A stretch of DNA of 64,000 nt from Thermoplasmatales archaeon (GTDB lineage Archaea; Thermoplasmatota; E2; DHVEG-1), in assembly GCA_020350825.1 (NCBI GenBank), contig CP070724.1, positions 1,316,889 to 1,380,888 on the forward strand. Reading direction: 5' to 3'. Numbering within the stretch: position 1 is the stretch's first letter; every line of letters starts with the position of its first letter. Below the pieces are notes generated by a model that did no database searches, was not told where the DNA came from, and saw nothing but the letters and a program-made list of their open reading frames with translations. A program made the position numbers and the translations under genes. This document shows positions 17,331-26,388 of this stretch, piece by piece.

Positions 17331-18047
17331 TTAACTCGACTTTGATTTCACGTGTTTTTTAGAGCCTTTTAGCCATTTAACACCAAGATAGCAGAATGGT
17401 GTGTCAAAAAGGGCAAATAAAACTTTAACAAGCCAATAAGGAATAGCAATAGAAAATACATATTCTGCTGTAAATTTAGGACTTATAGCATAAAACGCAA
17501 TAAACATGAAAAGCATTGTATCAATAAACGTGCTTACGATTGTACTTAAATTATTTCGTAGCCATAGAAATTTTCCTTTAGTTTTTTGTTTCCAGAAATT
17601 AAACGCCCATATATCATGCAATTGTGCTATGAGAAATGCTGTAATACTTGCAATAAAGATTCTCATAGTAGTACCAAAAATCGAATCATATCCCCCTTTA
17701 TAATCTACAAATTCTCCATCAATAAAGAAAACACAACTTCTTTCTGCATGAGGAAGTGCATAGACAGCTATAGAAGTTACAATTAAAACAAAGAGTAATA
17801 CAATAAAACCTATGATGACAATCTCCTGTGTTTTCTTTTTACCATGCACCTCTTCAATTATATCAGTTATAAGAAAAAGTATTGGAAAAAATAGAATACC
17901 AACGCTTGCTTCAAATATAACAAAATTTGCTATTTTTAATCCAATTAAATTTGCTGCAATTAACGATCCTACAAATAACCCAAGTAAAATATTGGTTTTC
18001 TCCCCTATAGAAAGCTGAGTTAATTTCATTTTTACCGACGAGTGCAA
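17331..18047 (-). CDS. VUT/YhhQ-family membrane protein (queuosine-precursor transporter family)
   Basis: Similarity to E. coli YhhQ blocks: FPILFLITDIIEEVHG, AQLHDIWAFNFWKQ, LSTIVSTFIDTMLFMFIAF. The start may instead be the ATG at 18029. Confidence 0.7.
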   Translation of the reverse strand: MHSSVKMKLTQLSIGEKTNILLGLFVGSLIAANLIGLKIANFVIFEASVGILFFPILFLITDIIEEVHGKKKTQEIVIIGFIVLLFVLIVTSIAVYALPHAERSCVFFIDGEFVDYKGGYDSIFGTTMRIFIASITAFLIAQLHDIWAFNFWKQKTKGKFLWLRNNLSTIVSTFIDTMLFMFIAFYAISPKFTAEYVFSIAIPYWLVKVLFALFDTPFCYLGVKWLKGSKKHVKSKSS

Positions 18048-18188
18048 TAGGAACCTAAATATTAACTTATCTTTTTTTTGAATTCTTTAATACGTTTTTT
18101 GGTAGAAAAATGATGTCTTCAGAATAAAATTATAATTGATTTTAATAAGTATAATAGAAAAAAAGAAGAAAGGTTCTCGTTCAAAAGT

Positions 18189-20465
18189 TTATTGTAGGCC
18201 ACCACCGGGGCTGATCTTTATAAAGAATAAGAATACGTTTCCAGTTTGTTGTCTCGTGTCTGAGCCCTCTGGTATCTCTACTGTTGTAGATACTAATGTT
18301 TTTCCGAAACCGATTATTAAATTTGAGTTGATAGTTTCTTCACCACCTGGAGGAATATATGCAATTTCACCAGAGGTTTCTCCCCCTAAGAGGATTAAAC
18401 CGCCTATTAGGGTGATTCTCCATTGTACATCGGTTGCTTCGGCATCACCTATATTTTTGATGATTGTGTCTACGTTTAATAATCCACCAGTGATGGGATC
18501 AATATCAAGAGAGGGCATGCCAATATGCATTGGGTATGGTTCTGACCAAAGACCTCTGGCTCCGTTTATGTCTTTAGCTTTTGCCTTTATTTCATAATCG
18601 CCTAGATTAGTCCATTGGTGAGTAACTTCGATGGTTTCGCCTGAGGGGTAGGGGCCAACCCAGTCCTCATAGGTTCCATCGCCCCAGTCAATATAGTAGA
18701 AAACATTTTCGTTTTCAGGGTCTGAGGCTGTGAATTCATAGGTGTATTCGTTGTTGGGTTTTCCGAAGATAGGTCCATTGATTGTTGGTTTATTTGGTGA
18801 TCCTGTTTCGGGTATGACAGTAACATGAATAATAGGGCTGTACCACCAGGTTTGTCCAATGACTTCTTCAAGGCCATCGATACCTTGTAGGAATTCATAA
18901 TAAGAATCGTTTGTTCGTTGTTTAATCATACGAAGATAAGGTGTGTCGTCATAGATATCTGGTCGAAGTACATTTGCGTATACTTGGTCAACTTGTGCTT
19001 TTGCAACGAAATAATATTCCCCGGGGGTTTCAATATTGAATGATTCTGAATAGGTTACGCCATTGGTTTGACCATTAAGAGCATTATCCCACCCAGTTCC
19101 TCCAATATATTCACCTGCATATTGATCATGGTCTGTCGTGACATACTCTGGGTTATTTATAGGATCTGGATCGGTACTATACTGAATATAAGTATGATCA
19201 ACAACCATACTGCCATTCACTTGCCAACTGAAATTTAGAATATCCTCTGGGAAAAGAAGGGTATTATTTTCGATTGTTCCTGATTGCCAGCGGACATATG
19301 GTTCTGCGAGGTCTGCCTGATGAAGGACAAATCGTCGCACTTCTGCACCATAGCGGTGGACGGTGTCATTGCCGAAGGTTGATTCTGGAGGATTTTTAGT
19401 GGTTGACATCTCTGGAGATATCCATAACATCCCTGCACCGGGATAGTTTCCAAAGGTTTCATCATCAACATAAGGATCCTGACTAGGATTTGCTATAACA
19501 TCTGCTGCATAAGCCCATGGTGCGCTTCCACCTTTGATACTATACCATAATAGATCTCTGATTGGTCCTACGTTACCATTGTTAAAATCACCGCCGTAGT
19601 CTCCCATGAAATCACCTAACCGTAGACCAACTGCATCGTAATAATAGAAATCTGGGGGTGCATGGCTATAGGTAGTTCCTGATATTGGGCTCGTACCTGA
19701 AACAGAGGCAAAGGTATCTGCCCATGGATAAATAAGCATTCTAACACCACCGTGGAAGTCACACCCTAGCATTAGTAGGTGGCTATCTACAAATTTTCGG
19801 AAGGTTTTTCCATTTTCACTACCCCAGATACCGCCAGTTGGTGTCCCAGGTCCATCATAATCATATTCACGATTGATATCCCAACCATTTCCATCATATC
19901 TTTGTGGTCCATGGTCAAAACCATATGGGTTGTGATCAACCACGAAATAGATTTCTCTGTTGTCGATGAGCCATCTTAGGTAATTTTTTGAATAGAGTGG
20001 TGAGGGTTCATCGGTGAATGCCATGCGCATGAGCCAATCGGTGAACCAATATAACCCGATTTTTCCCACGGTTTCATCACCATGTGGTCCTCCTTGAAAG
20101 ACGACTTCTGGTTTATGAAGTCCGAGTGATTCATTGGTAATTCTTACATAATAAAGATCATATCCACCTGTAGATTGACCAGTTCCATATAGTTCGTTGG
20201 CTTTGAAAATCTCTAAATAATTAGGATAGGCGGTTTCTAATGCTTGGTACCAATTCACGAGTTCTGCATAATTACTCGGCTTATAATACCAGTCAGTACC
20301 CATTCTCTTCGCATTTTCATATATTTGATCTGGAAGTAGGTTTACATTTAAAGGATTGTTTTGTGAATTTTCAAGTCCATGTGAATACGCAGTTGCTGTA
20401 ATATTTGTTAATATCAATAATAGGATAATGATTCCTGTAGCAAATAATAACTTATTTTTTCTCAT
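18189..20465 (-). CDS. Secreted M14 zinc carboxypeptidase with PKD-like and CARDB-like C-terminal domains
   Basis: Signal peptide after M20 of the listed ORF. GGPHGDETVG (HxxE) and CDFHGGV motifs. PKD-like YYIDWGDGTYEDWVGPY...GDYEIKAKAKD. Confidence 0.8.
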   Translation of the reverse strand: MRKNKLLFATGIIILLLILTNITATAYSHGLENSQNNPLNVNLLPDQIYENAKRMGTDWYYKPSNYAELVNWYQALETAYPNYLEIFKANELYGTGQSTGGYDLYYVRITNESLGLHKPEVVFQGGPHGDETVGKIGLYWFTDWLMRMAFTDEPSPLYSKNYLRWLIDNREIYFVVDHNPYGFDHGPQRYDGNGWDINREYDYDGPGTPTGGIWGSENGKTFRKFVDSHLLMLGCDFHGGVRMLIYPWADTFASVSGTSPISGTTYSHAPPDFYYYDAVGLRLGDFMGDYGGDFNNGNVGPIRDLLWYSIKGGSAPWAYAADVIANPSQDPYVDDETFGNYPGAGMLWISPEMSTTKNPPESTFGNDTVHRYGAEVRRFVLHQADLAEPYVRWQSGTIENNTLLFPEDILNFSWQVNGSMVVDHTYIQYSTDPDPINNPEYVTTDHDQYAGEYIGGTGWDNALNGQTNGVTYSESFNIETPGEYYFVAKAQVDQVYANVLRPDIYDDTPYLRMIKQRTNDSYYEFLQGIDGLEEVIGQTWWYSPIIHVTVIPETGSPNKPTINGPIFGKPNNEYTYEFTASDPENENVFYYIDWGDGTYEDWVGPYPSGETIEVTHQWTNLGDYEIKAKAKDINGARGLWSEPYPMHIGMPSLDIDPITGGLLNVDTIIKNIGDAEATDVQWRITLIGGLILLGGETSGEIAYIPPGGEETINSNLIIGFGKTLVSTTVEIPEGSDTRQQTGNVFLFFIKISPGGGLQ

Positions 20466-20594
20466 ATTATTTTTCCCCCATAAGATATATAATATTAGTA
20501 CGACAATATAAAACTTTTCCATGTTTCTTTAAAAACTACGATAAATATCATAAAAAAATATTCAAACTAAAATATAAGCCAAGTTTAATACATT

Positions 20595-21590
20595 TTACAT
20601 ATATGACTTCGTAGACAAGTGAGCAAGATGCTGTATTCTTTTAACCATGTTCGGATGGGTACTTAGGGTCTCCATCAGTTTGTCTGCTCCACTTAGTTTT
20701 ACTTTTTTTGTTGAAAGTATCATCAACTCATTCTGGTCTATTGTACCATTCATATCAATATCAATTTCTTTTAGTTCTCTGACCTCATACATTGATCTAG
20801 AAGGATCATTTAGAAAGAATGCTTTCATACCCTCAGTTTGTTTAAGTGCTTTTTTAGATAATTTAGCACTCCCAATAGATAACTTATATAGTGCAGTTGC
20901 TAAATGATGTGGTTCATTACCCAATTCAGTACTACCAATATCTGCATAATATTCTCTAATTCTAGATCCATACATGACTAGAAGACTGGTGATGAAATAG
21001 ATAACAAGCGCCAAAAGTCCTATTATAATCATCGCACCACCATCTCTTTGTCTTCCTCCAAACATTCCTCCCCAAAAAAACGAAATGTAAAGAATATAAC
21101 ATATCATAGGAACAACACTTAGCATTGTAATAACAGCAACATCTCTATGTTTTATATGAGAGATTTCATGGCCCAGAACAGCTTTTAATTCCTCATCACT
21201 TACAAGATTGAGAATACCTTCTGTGACACAAACCCTTGCACCTCCCATAGTTCTTCCAAATGCAAAAGCGTTGGGAATTTGAACTTTTGAAATACCTATC
21301 TTAGGTTTTTTTGGAAGACTAGCCTGAACTGAAAGATCCTCTACCATTCGATGAAGTTTTGGATATTCATTTTCTTTAATGTATCGAATACGCATAGACC
21401 ATTCAACGGTTTTTGGTCCTATTGCATATTGAATCAATATCAATGCAAGTGCAAATCCAATTATTAGAACATAAAATGTAAAACCAGAATATCCCAATAT
21501 ATAACCTATACCAATTATTATTCCATATAATATTGCAAACATCAGTCCTACTAACAGATAAAGTCTTAGTTGCAGCCACATGTTTCTCAA
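20595..21590 (-). CDS. htpX: HtpX-like M48 zinc metalloprotease carrying an EF-hand-like insertion
   Basis: HEISHIKHRD (HExxH), four TM segments and a C-terminal THPNMVKRI. The insertion is DIDMNGTIDQNE. Confidence 0.85.
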   Translation of the reverse strand: MRNMWLQLRLYLLVGLMFAILYGIIIGIGYILGYSGFTFYVLIIGFALALILIQYAIGPKTVEWSMRIRYIKENEYPKLHRMVEDLSVQASLPKKPKIGISKVQIPNAFAFGRTMGGARVCVTEGILNLVSDEELKAVLGHEISHIKHRDVAVITMLSVVPMICYILYISFFWGGMFGGRQRDGGAMIIIGLLALVIYFITSLLVMYGSRIREYYADIGSTELGNEPHHLATALYKLSIGSAKLSKKALKQTEGMKAFFLNDPSRSMYEVRELKEIDIDMNGTIDQNELMILSTKKVKLSGADKLMETLSTHPNMVKRIQHLAHLSTKSYM

Positions 21591-21796
21591 ACCTCCAACT
21601 AGTGTATAAAATGCAGTATTTAAGGTTTTCTTAGAAGTTTTTCATGTGACTTCTTCGGAAATTATTTTCATCTGGAGAATTGACTTTTTTCTGTCAATAA
21701 ATTAGGACATTTTTGTTAAAGTTCACTTAAACATAATGCTTATATTGAAATAGAATATACCTGTTAACCTAATCCAATGAAAAGGGGATATAAAAA

Positions 21797-22273
21797 ATGG
21801 GTTATGAGTTTAATGCCGATGAAATTTTTGAAATAGCTGAACAAATCGAACGAAACGGTGCAAAGTTTTATAGAACAGCAGCAGAAAATGTTGCTGACGA
21901 GGATAAAAAAAAGTTTTTAATTCAACTTGCAGAAATGGAAGACGAACATGAAGAGACATTTAAAGCTTTAAGAGCTGAGCTTTCAGAAAATGAAAAAGTT
22001 ATAACAACGTTTGACCCTGAGGGTGATGCAGAATATTACCTTCGCGCGCTGGCCGATACTCGAGTTTTTTATGAAAAGGAAATCGATACTACTTCATTGA
22101 AGGAGATTTTTAAGACAGCTATTACCGCTGAAAAAGATTCTATTGTTTTTTATCTAGGAATGAAAGATGTAGTTCCAGTCCATCTGGGAAAACAAAAGCT
22201 GGATGGAATCATTAAGGAGGAAATGGGTCATATCAGGCTTCTTAGTAGAGAATTGTTGTCACTATCGAAATAA
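21797..22273 (+). CDS. Ferritin-like diiron protein (rubrerythrin family, no rubredoxin domain)
   Basis: Two E...ExxH-type segments (EMEDEHEE, EEMGHIRL) in a four-helix-bundle-sized protein. Confidence 0.65.
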   Translation: MGYEFNADEIFEIAEQIERNGAKFYRTAAENVADEDKKKFLIQLAEMEDEHEETFKALRAELSENEKVITTFDPEGDAEYYLRALADTRVFYEKEIDTTSLKEIFKTAITAEKDSIVFYLGMKDVVPVHLGKQKLDGIIKEEMGHIRLLSRELLSLSK

Positions 22274-22358
22274 TCTAGGATCTCTTTGGTTTTTTCTACT
22301 AGAAATCAGACATTATATTGAAAAATGAAAACTTATAAAAATACTCACCAAATAGTCG

Positions 22359-22372
22359 TTAACAATCGTTAA
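22359..22372. promoter_or_regulatory. Near-palindrome TTAACAATCGTTAA (one-mismatch copy of the TTAACAATTGTTAA motif)
   Basis: Intergenic, upstream of the small zinc-ribbon ORF and the Lpd-like gene. Confidence 0.35.
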
Positions 22373-22546
22373 AATTTAGGGAGGTGAATTAAGGGAAAAG
22401 AAAACTAGGTGCCCTATGGATACATGGGCTTTGAAACAATAAAAGAGTTTTAGGATCATAAGAAGAATACATCTAAAAGAGCAATATCAATGTCGGTTTG
22501 CTAATTAGATAAGAATAATTGGAAGGTTGTAAGAGGTGATATTTTA

Positions 22547-22666
22547 ATGAAATGTGATCTTTGCGGGAGGGAAGTCCCAGATGAAAAGATAAAACACATT
22601 CATATCAAAAAAAATGTTAAGAACATTTGTGAAGGGTGTGTTACTGCAGTAAAAGGTTTTGCATAA
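22547..22666 (+). CDS. Small zinc-ribbon-like protein (39 aa), not in the ORF track
   Basis: MKCDLCGREVPDEKIKHIHIKKNVKNICEGCVTAVKGFA has two CxxC pairs. A GAGGTGA SD lies 6 nt upstream. Confidence 0.35.
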   Translation: MKCDLCGREVPDEKIKHIHIKKNVKNICEGCVTAVKGFA

Positions 22667-22712
22667 GATTATTTTAGAAATTGTTCATTTTTTGGTATAC
22701 AATGGGTTTTGT

Positions 22713-24080
22713 ATGAAACAATATGATGTTGTTGTAATCGGTAGTGGTTCTGGCGGAGAAATTGTTGAAGCATCATTATCACAGGGTTTCTCAGTGGCTT
22801 GGATTGATAAAGGTCCATTGGGTGGAACCTGTCTAAATGTTGGATGTATACCTTCAAAGATGTTGATATATCCAGCAGATAGAATTGTTGAGATCCAAGA
22901 AGCAGAGAAAATTGGTATAAAAGCAGAAATTAAAGATATTAATTTTGGTGCTATAATGAAGCATATGAAAAAACCTATTCGTGAGAGTCATGAGCATATG
23001 AGTCAAGGATTGGTAAATACTGAAGATTTTCATTATTATAAGGGAGTATGTCATTTTATTTCTGATTACACACTTGATGTAAGTGGAGAGCAAGTTAGGG
23101 GTGGCAAAATCTTTATAGGTTCTGGTGCACGCCCTTTAATACCTCCCATTAAAGGGATAGAAAATGTTGATTATTTAACAAATGAAACTGTTTTTAATCT
23201 TACTAAGCGACCTGAAAGTATAATTATCATTGGCGGAGGGTATATCGCTGTTGAGTTTGCTCATTTTTTTGCTGCGATGGGCACCAAGGTTACAGTTTTA
23301 CAGAGAGGCAATAGACTTATTAAGAATTCTGAACCCGAGGTTTCTGACTTGTTGAAGAAACAGATGGATAAACGTATGACTATTTTCACAAATATAGAAG
23401 TTTTCGAGGCTAAAAAAATAGGCAGCGGTGTTACTGTTATTGGAAGAAAAAAAACTACTAAAGAAGAAAGAGAGGTTACAGCTGAAAAAATATTGATTGC
23501 TGCTGGACGTAAATCCAATTCGGATCTGCTAAAGGTTGAAAATACTGGTGTTGAAACAGATGAACGTGGTTATATTAAAGTTAACGAGTATCTTGAAACT
23601 AGTAAAAATAACATCTGGGCGTTTGGTGATGCTACTGGAGGATATATGTTTAAGCATGTAGCAAACGAAGAAGCTATTGTGGCATGGCGTAATGCCTTAC
23701 ATGATCATAAGACGAAAATGGATTACTATGCGATACCTTATGCAGTGTTTACTTATCCTCAGATTGCAGCGGTAGGCCTTACTGAAGAGGAAGCAAAAAA
23801 AGAACATGAGATTCTAGTAGGTCGGGCAAAGTATAGTGATGTGGCAAAGGGTGAAGCAATGATTGAATTGGAGGGTTTTACGAAAGCAATAATAGATAAA
23901 AAGGATGGTAAGATTCTCGGTTTTCATATAATCGGGCCATATGCACCGATTTTAATCCAAGAGGTTATTAACGCGATGGCTCTTGGTGGTCACATCGGAT
24001 TAATTGGTCATGGGATGCATATTCATCCAGCACTGCCTGAATTGATCCTGCGAACGTTTGGTAATCTAAGAGAACCATAA
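22713..24080 (+). CDS. Class I pyridine nucleotide-disulfide oxidoreductase (dihydrolipoamide dehydrogenase-like)
   Basis: GSGSGG FAD fold, redox-active GGTCLNVGCIPSK and a C-terminal HIHPALPE dimerisation motif. The listed ORF starts at 22659; the ATG at 22713 (MKQYDVVVIG) is preferred. Confidence 0.8.
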   Translation: MKQYDVVVIGSGSGGEIVEASLSQGFSVAWIDKGPLGGTCLNVGCIPSKMLIYPADRIVEIQEAEKIGIKAEIKDINFGAIMKHMKKPIRESHEHMSQGLVNTEDFHYYKGVCHFISDYTLDVSGEQVRGGKIFIGSGARPLIPPIKGIENVDYLTNETVFNLTKRPESIIIIGGGYIAVEFAHFFAAMGTKVTVLQRGNRLIKNSEPEVSDLLKKQMDKRMTIFTNIEVFEAKKIGSGVTVIGRKKTTKEEREVTAEKILIAAGRKSNSDLLKVENTGVETDERGYIKVNEYLETSKNNIWAFGDATGGYMFKHVANEEAIVAWRNALHDHKTKMDYYAIPYAVFTYPQIAAVGLTEEEAKKEHEILVGRAKYSDVAKGEAMIELEGFTKAIIDKKDGKILGFHIIGPYAPILIQEVINAMALGGHIGLIGHGMHIHPALPELILRTFGNLREP

Positions 24081-24143
24081 ATATAAAGCTAGAATCTCAA
24101 CAATTCCTGATGCTGTAACCAATACGATTTATTCTGTGTATTT

Positions 24144-24653
24144 TTATGTAATGTAATTGCTTGTATTCGATTGATCAAATCCATAAACTAGTTCAATCGC
24201 TGGAATTTTTTTCGGTGGTAACCATCCATAATTGGGATATACAAGGTTTGGGAAGAACTGTTTCATATCTATGGATAATTGAGTAATGACATGTTTTTTT
24301 CCAAAATTATCCTTGCTAATCTCATATGTTTTATGCTCTGCCGTTCTTTCATCAAGAAAACCAAGAGAATGGATATATTCGTGCAACAAAACATGAAATA
24401 CATATGGTTTAAACAACTTCAGATTTGTGTCTATGATTCGCCGAAGAGGTGTTTTATTTACTACGATAATATTAGATGACATAGGATAATAAGCGCCGAT
24501 GAATCCATTGGGTGAAGTTCCCAATTCTTGCAAACCCAACATTAACCCAGCACGTGAACGGCCCTCGCTCTTCCTTACGGCTTTTTTTACTCCTTCAAAG
24601 GTTTCTATAAGATCCTGCTTGATATCAGCCTCATTTACTATCTTTTTGTTCAT
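24144..24653 (-). CDS. Putative small zinc metallopeptidase (HExxH)
   Basis: VLLHEYIHSLG motif. No further family assignment is possible by eye. Confidence 0.5.
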   Translation of the reverse strand: MNKKIVNEADIKQDLIETFEGVKKAVRKSEGRSRAGLMLGLQELGTSPNGFIGAYYPMSSNIIVVNKTPLRRIIDTNLKLFKPYVFHVLLHEYIHSLGFLDERTAEHKTYEISKDNFGKKHVITQLSIDMKQFFPNLVYPNYGWLPPKKIPAIELVYGFDQSNTSNYIT

Positions 24654-24666
24654 TCAAATATAATGT

Positions 24667-24683
24667 AATTAACAATTGTTAAT
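24667..24683. promoter_or_regulatory. Palindromic operator candidate AATTAACAATTGTTAAT
   Basis: A 16-bp perfect palindrome at 24668-24683, 15 nt upstream of the start of ORF 24144..24653, in the divergent region with ORF 24800. The 17 nt are identical to 27781-27797. Confidence 0.5.
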
Positions 24684-24799
24684 AATATTTTCGGCTTTGT
24701 ACAAAAAATATCTTTTCAACAGATATTTTTCTCAAATTAGTTAAACTCTGAAAATAAAAACAGAGTACGGGTAGGTAACAAATATATAATAACATTCTA

Positions 24800-25012
24800 A
24801 TGTTGTTTTGGGGTAAAAATTTGAAAGAAGAAACATATGAATGTAAAAATTGTGGTAAAATTGTTAAAGTATCAAATGGAAAACATCCTTCATGTTGTGA
24901 AAAACCGATGAAGAAATTACCTCTAGATATCTGTACTCAACCTGCACATGCAGAACACGCACGGCCGATTGAAGACGAAGACGCCTGTGATGATTTCCGA
25001 GCGGGAGAATAA
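24800..25012 (+). CDS. Desulforedoxin-like (Dx-type FeS4) small protein with an acidic Cys/His tail
   Basis: YECKNCGKIVKVSNGKHPSCCEKPMKKL matches the CxxCG...CCxxPM pattern of the Dfx N-terminal domain seen at 43979. The start is uncertain. Confidence 0.5.
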   Translation: MLFWGKNLKEETYECKNCGKIVKVSNGKHPSCCEKPMKKLPLDICTQPAHAEHARPIEDEDACDDFRAGE

Positions 25013-25020
25013 AAAATCCA

Positions 25021-25530
25021 TTAAATAAATCGTTCAAATCGATCCTTTTTTGCCTTACATATCGGGCAGACTTCTGGGGGTTCATCTCTACCACATAGAT
25101 AGCCACAGACTCTACATCTCCATACCGTTTTTGAAAGTGAAGAAATGCTGTTTATAGATCTTTTTTTTATCTTTGCTCTTTTATCTTTCGATGGGCGACG
25201 TTCAGGTATGGATTTTATTTCTTTTGTTCCCTGTAAAACTTTCTTAGAAACATAAAGTGCACAGAAACACATTCCATGTTCATCCAAATCTGCATCACGG
25301 TAATCGCAAGGACATATAATATCAAGATCTTCAGTTTTATCCCCGGAAGCTAGTCTACAAGGACAGGCCCAATAACCATATCTTTGCTCATTAACTAGCA
25401 AACCTTTTACAATGGCAATAGTAAATTCTACCTCTGGATTAAGATGATACCCTGAAGATTCTGCTTCCTGATTCAACCTCCCATATAACTTATCTATTTT
25501 TTCTGCATTAACCTCGATGTCCCTACTCAT
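25021..25530 (-). CDS. Ferredoxin:thioredoxin reductase catalytic-subunit-like protein fused to a C-terminal rubredoxin-like domain (FDR-type)
   Basis: CPCRLASG...[22 protein letters not shown] (CPC/CPC/CxC pattern), then WRCRVCGY...[11 protein letters not shown]. Confidence 0.8.
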   Translation of the reverse strand: MSRDIEVNAEKIDKLYGRLNQEAESSGYHLNPEVEFTIAIVKGLLVNEQRYGYWACPCRLASGDKTEDLDIICPCDYRDADLDEHGMCFCALYVSKKVLQGTKEIKSIPERRPSKDKRAKIKKRSINSISSLSKTVWRCRVCGYLCGRDEPPEVCPICKAKKDRFERFI

Positions 25531-25808
25531 ACCCCCAAAGCCTCTTTTATTTTCTCTTCTTTAAATCCAACAATACACTCTTTATCATTTATCACCAACG
25601 TGGGAAAAGAGCGACGAGGATTCCACTTAATTATCTCCTTCTCAGTTGTTTCCTTATCATTCCCCACCAGATGATCCACATTAATAAAATGATATTCAAC
25701 ACCTAAATCATCAAGTAGCTCTTTTGTTTTCTTACACCATGCACATGTGCTTAAAGCATAAAGCATTATCTTACCTTTATTTTCTCCTTTAATATGCTCT
25801 ATTTTCAT
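25527..25808 (-). CDS. Glutaredoxin-like protein (CxxC = CAWC)
   Basis: [31 protein letters not shown]. It overlaps the FTR-like gene by 4 nt. Confidence 0.75.
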   Translation of the reverse strand: MKIEHIKGENKGKIMLYALSTCAWCKKTKELLDDLGVEYHFINVDHLVGNDKETTEKEIIKWNPRRSFPTLVINDKECIVGFKEEKIKEALGV

Positions 25809-25848
25809 ATTTTTACCTCCTTATATATGTTAATATGCACAAATTTGT

Positions 25849-26370
25849 CTAAAGGAATTCTTTATGGTCTTTTTTTTCAGCCTCAACCTGTTTATCTGAA
25901 AGAATTGGATTAATTTTTTTAGTATGTTTACCAACAATTATCAATGTAATAACATTATAGTAATCGGGTATACTTAAAATCTCCCTGGTTTTTTTTGGAC
26001 TATACCCTGCTATAGGATGTGCCACAAGCCCTAGTTCTGTAGCCCTTAAAATTAATAATCTTGTAGCCATGCCTGCATCAAACAAGTAATATTCTCTATC
26101 GTGGATAATACAGTCATCCTCTTTTTTACTGAATACCGCAATGATCATAGAGGCATCATTTGCCCATGCATTACCTGGAGATAGTGCTTTATGCATCTCC
26201 TTTAAAACCGATGGATCATAGACAAACACATACCGCCACGGCTGATTATTAAAACAAGATGCCGAAAGTTGTGCACATTCTGCAAGATCATGTATGAGTT
26301 TCTCTGTTATCTCAACGGGTTTTAATGAACGATACGCTCTCCTTTTTATTATAGCTTTTTTTACATCCAT
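25849..26370 (-). CDS. Nitroreductase-family flavoprotein
   Basis: RRAYRSL and SASCFNNQPW motifs, with a typical length. Confidence 0.7.
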   Translation of the reverse strand: MDVKKAIIKRRAYRSLKPVEITEKLIHDLAECAQLSASCFNNQPWRYVFVYDPSVLKEMHKALSPGNAWANDASMIIAVFSKKEDDCIIHDREYYLFDAGMATRLLILRATELGLVAHPIAGYSPKKTREILSIPDYYNVITLIIVGKHTKKINPILSDKQVEAEKKDHKEFL

Positions 26371-26388
26371 AAATATGCCTTATATTTT

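Noticed and set aside
22659-22712. An N-terminal extension of the Lpd-like gene that overlaps the small zinc-ribbon ORF.
   Set aside because: The Rossmann fold begins at MKQYDVVVIGSGSGG (ATG at 22713), and the extension has no counterpart in this family.
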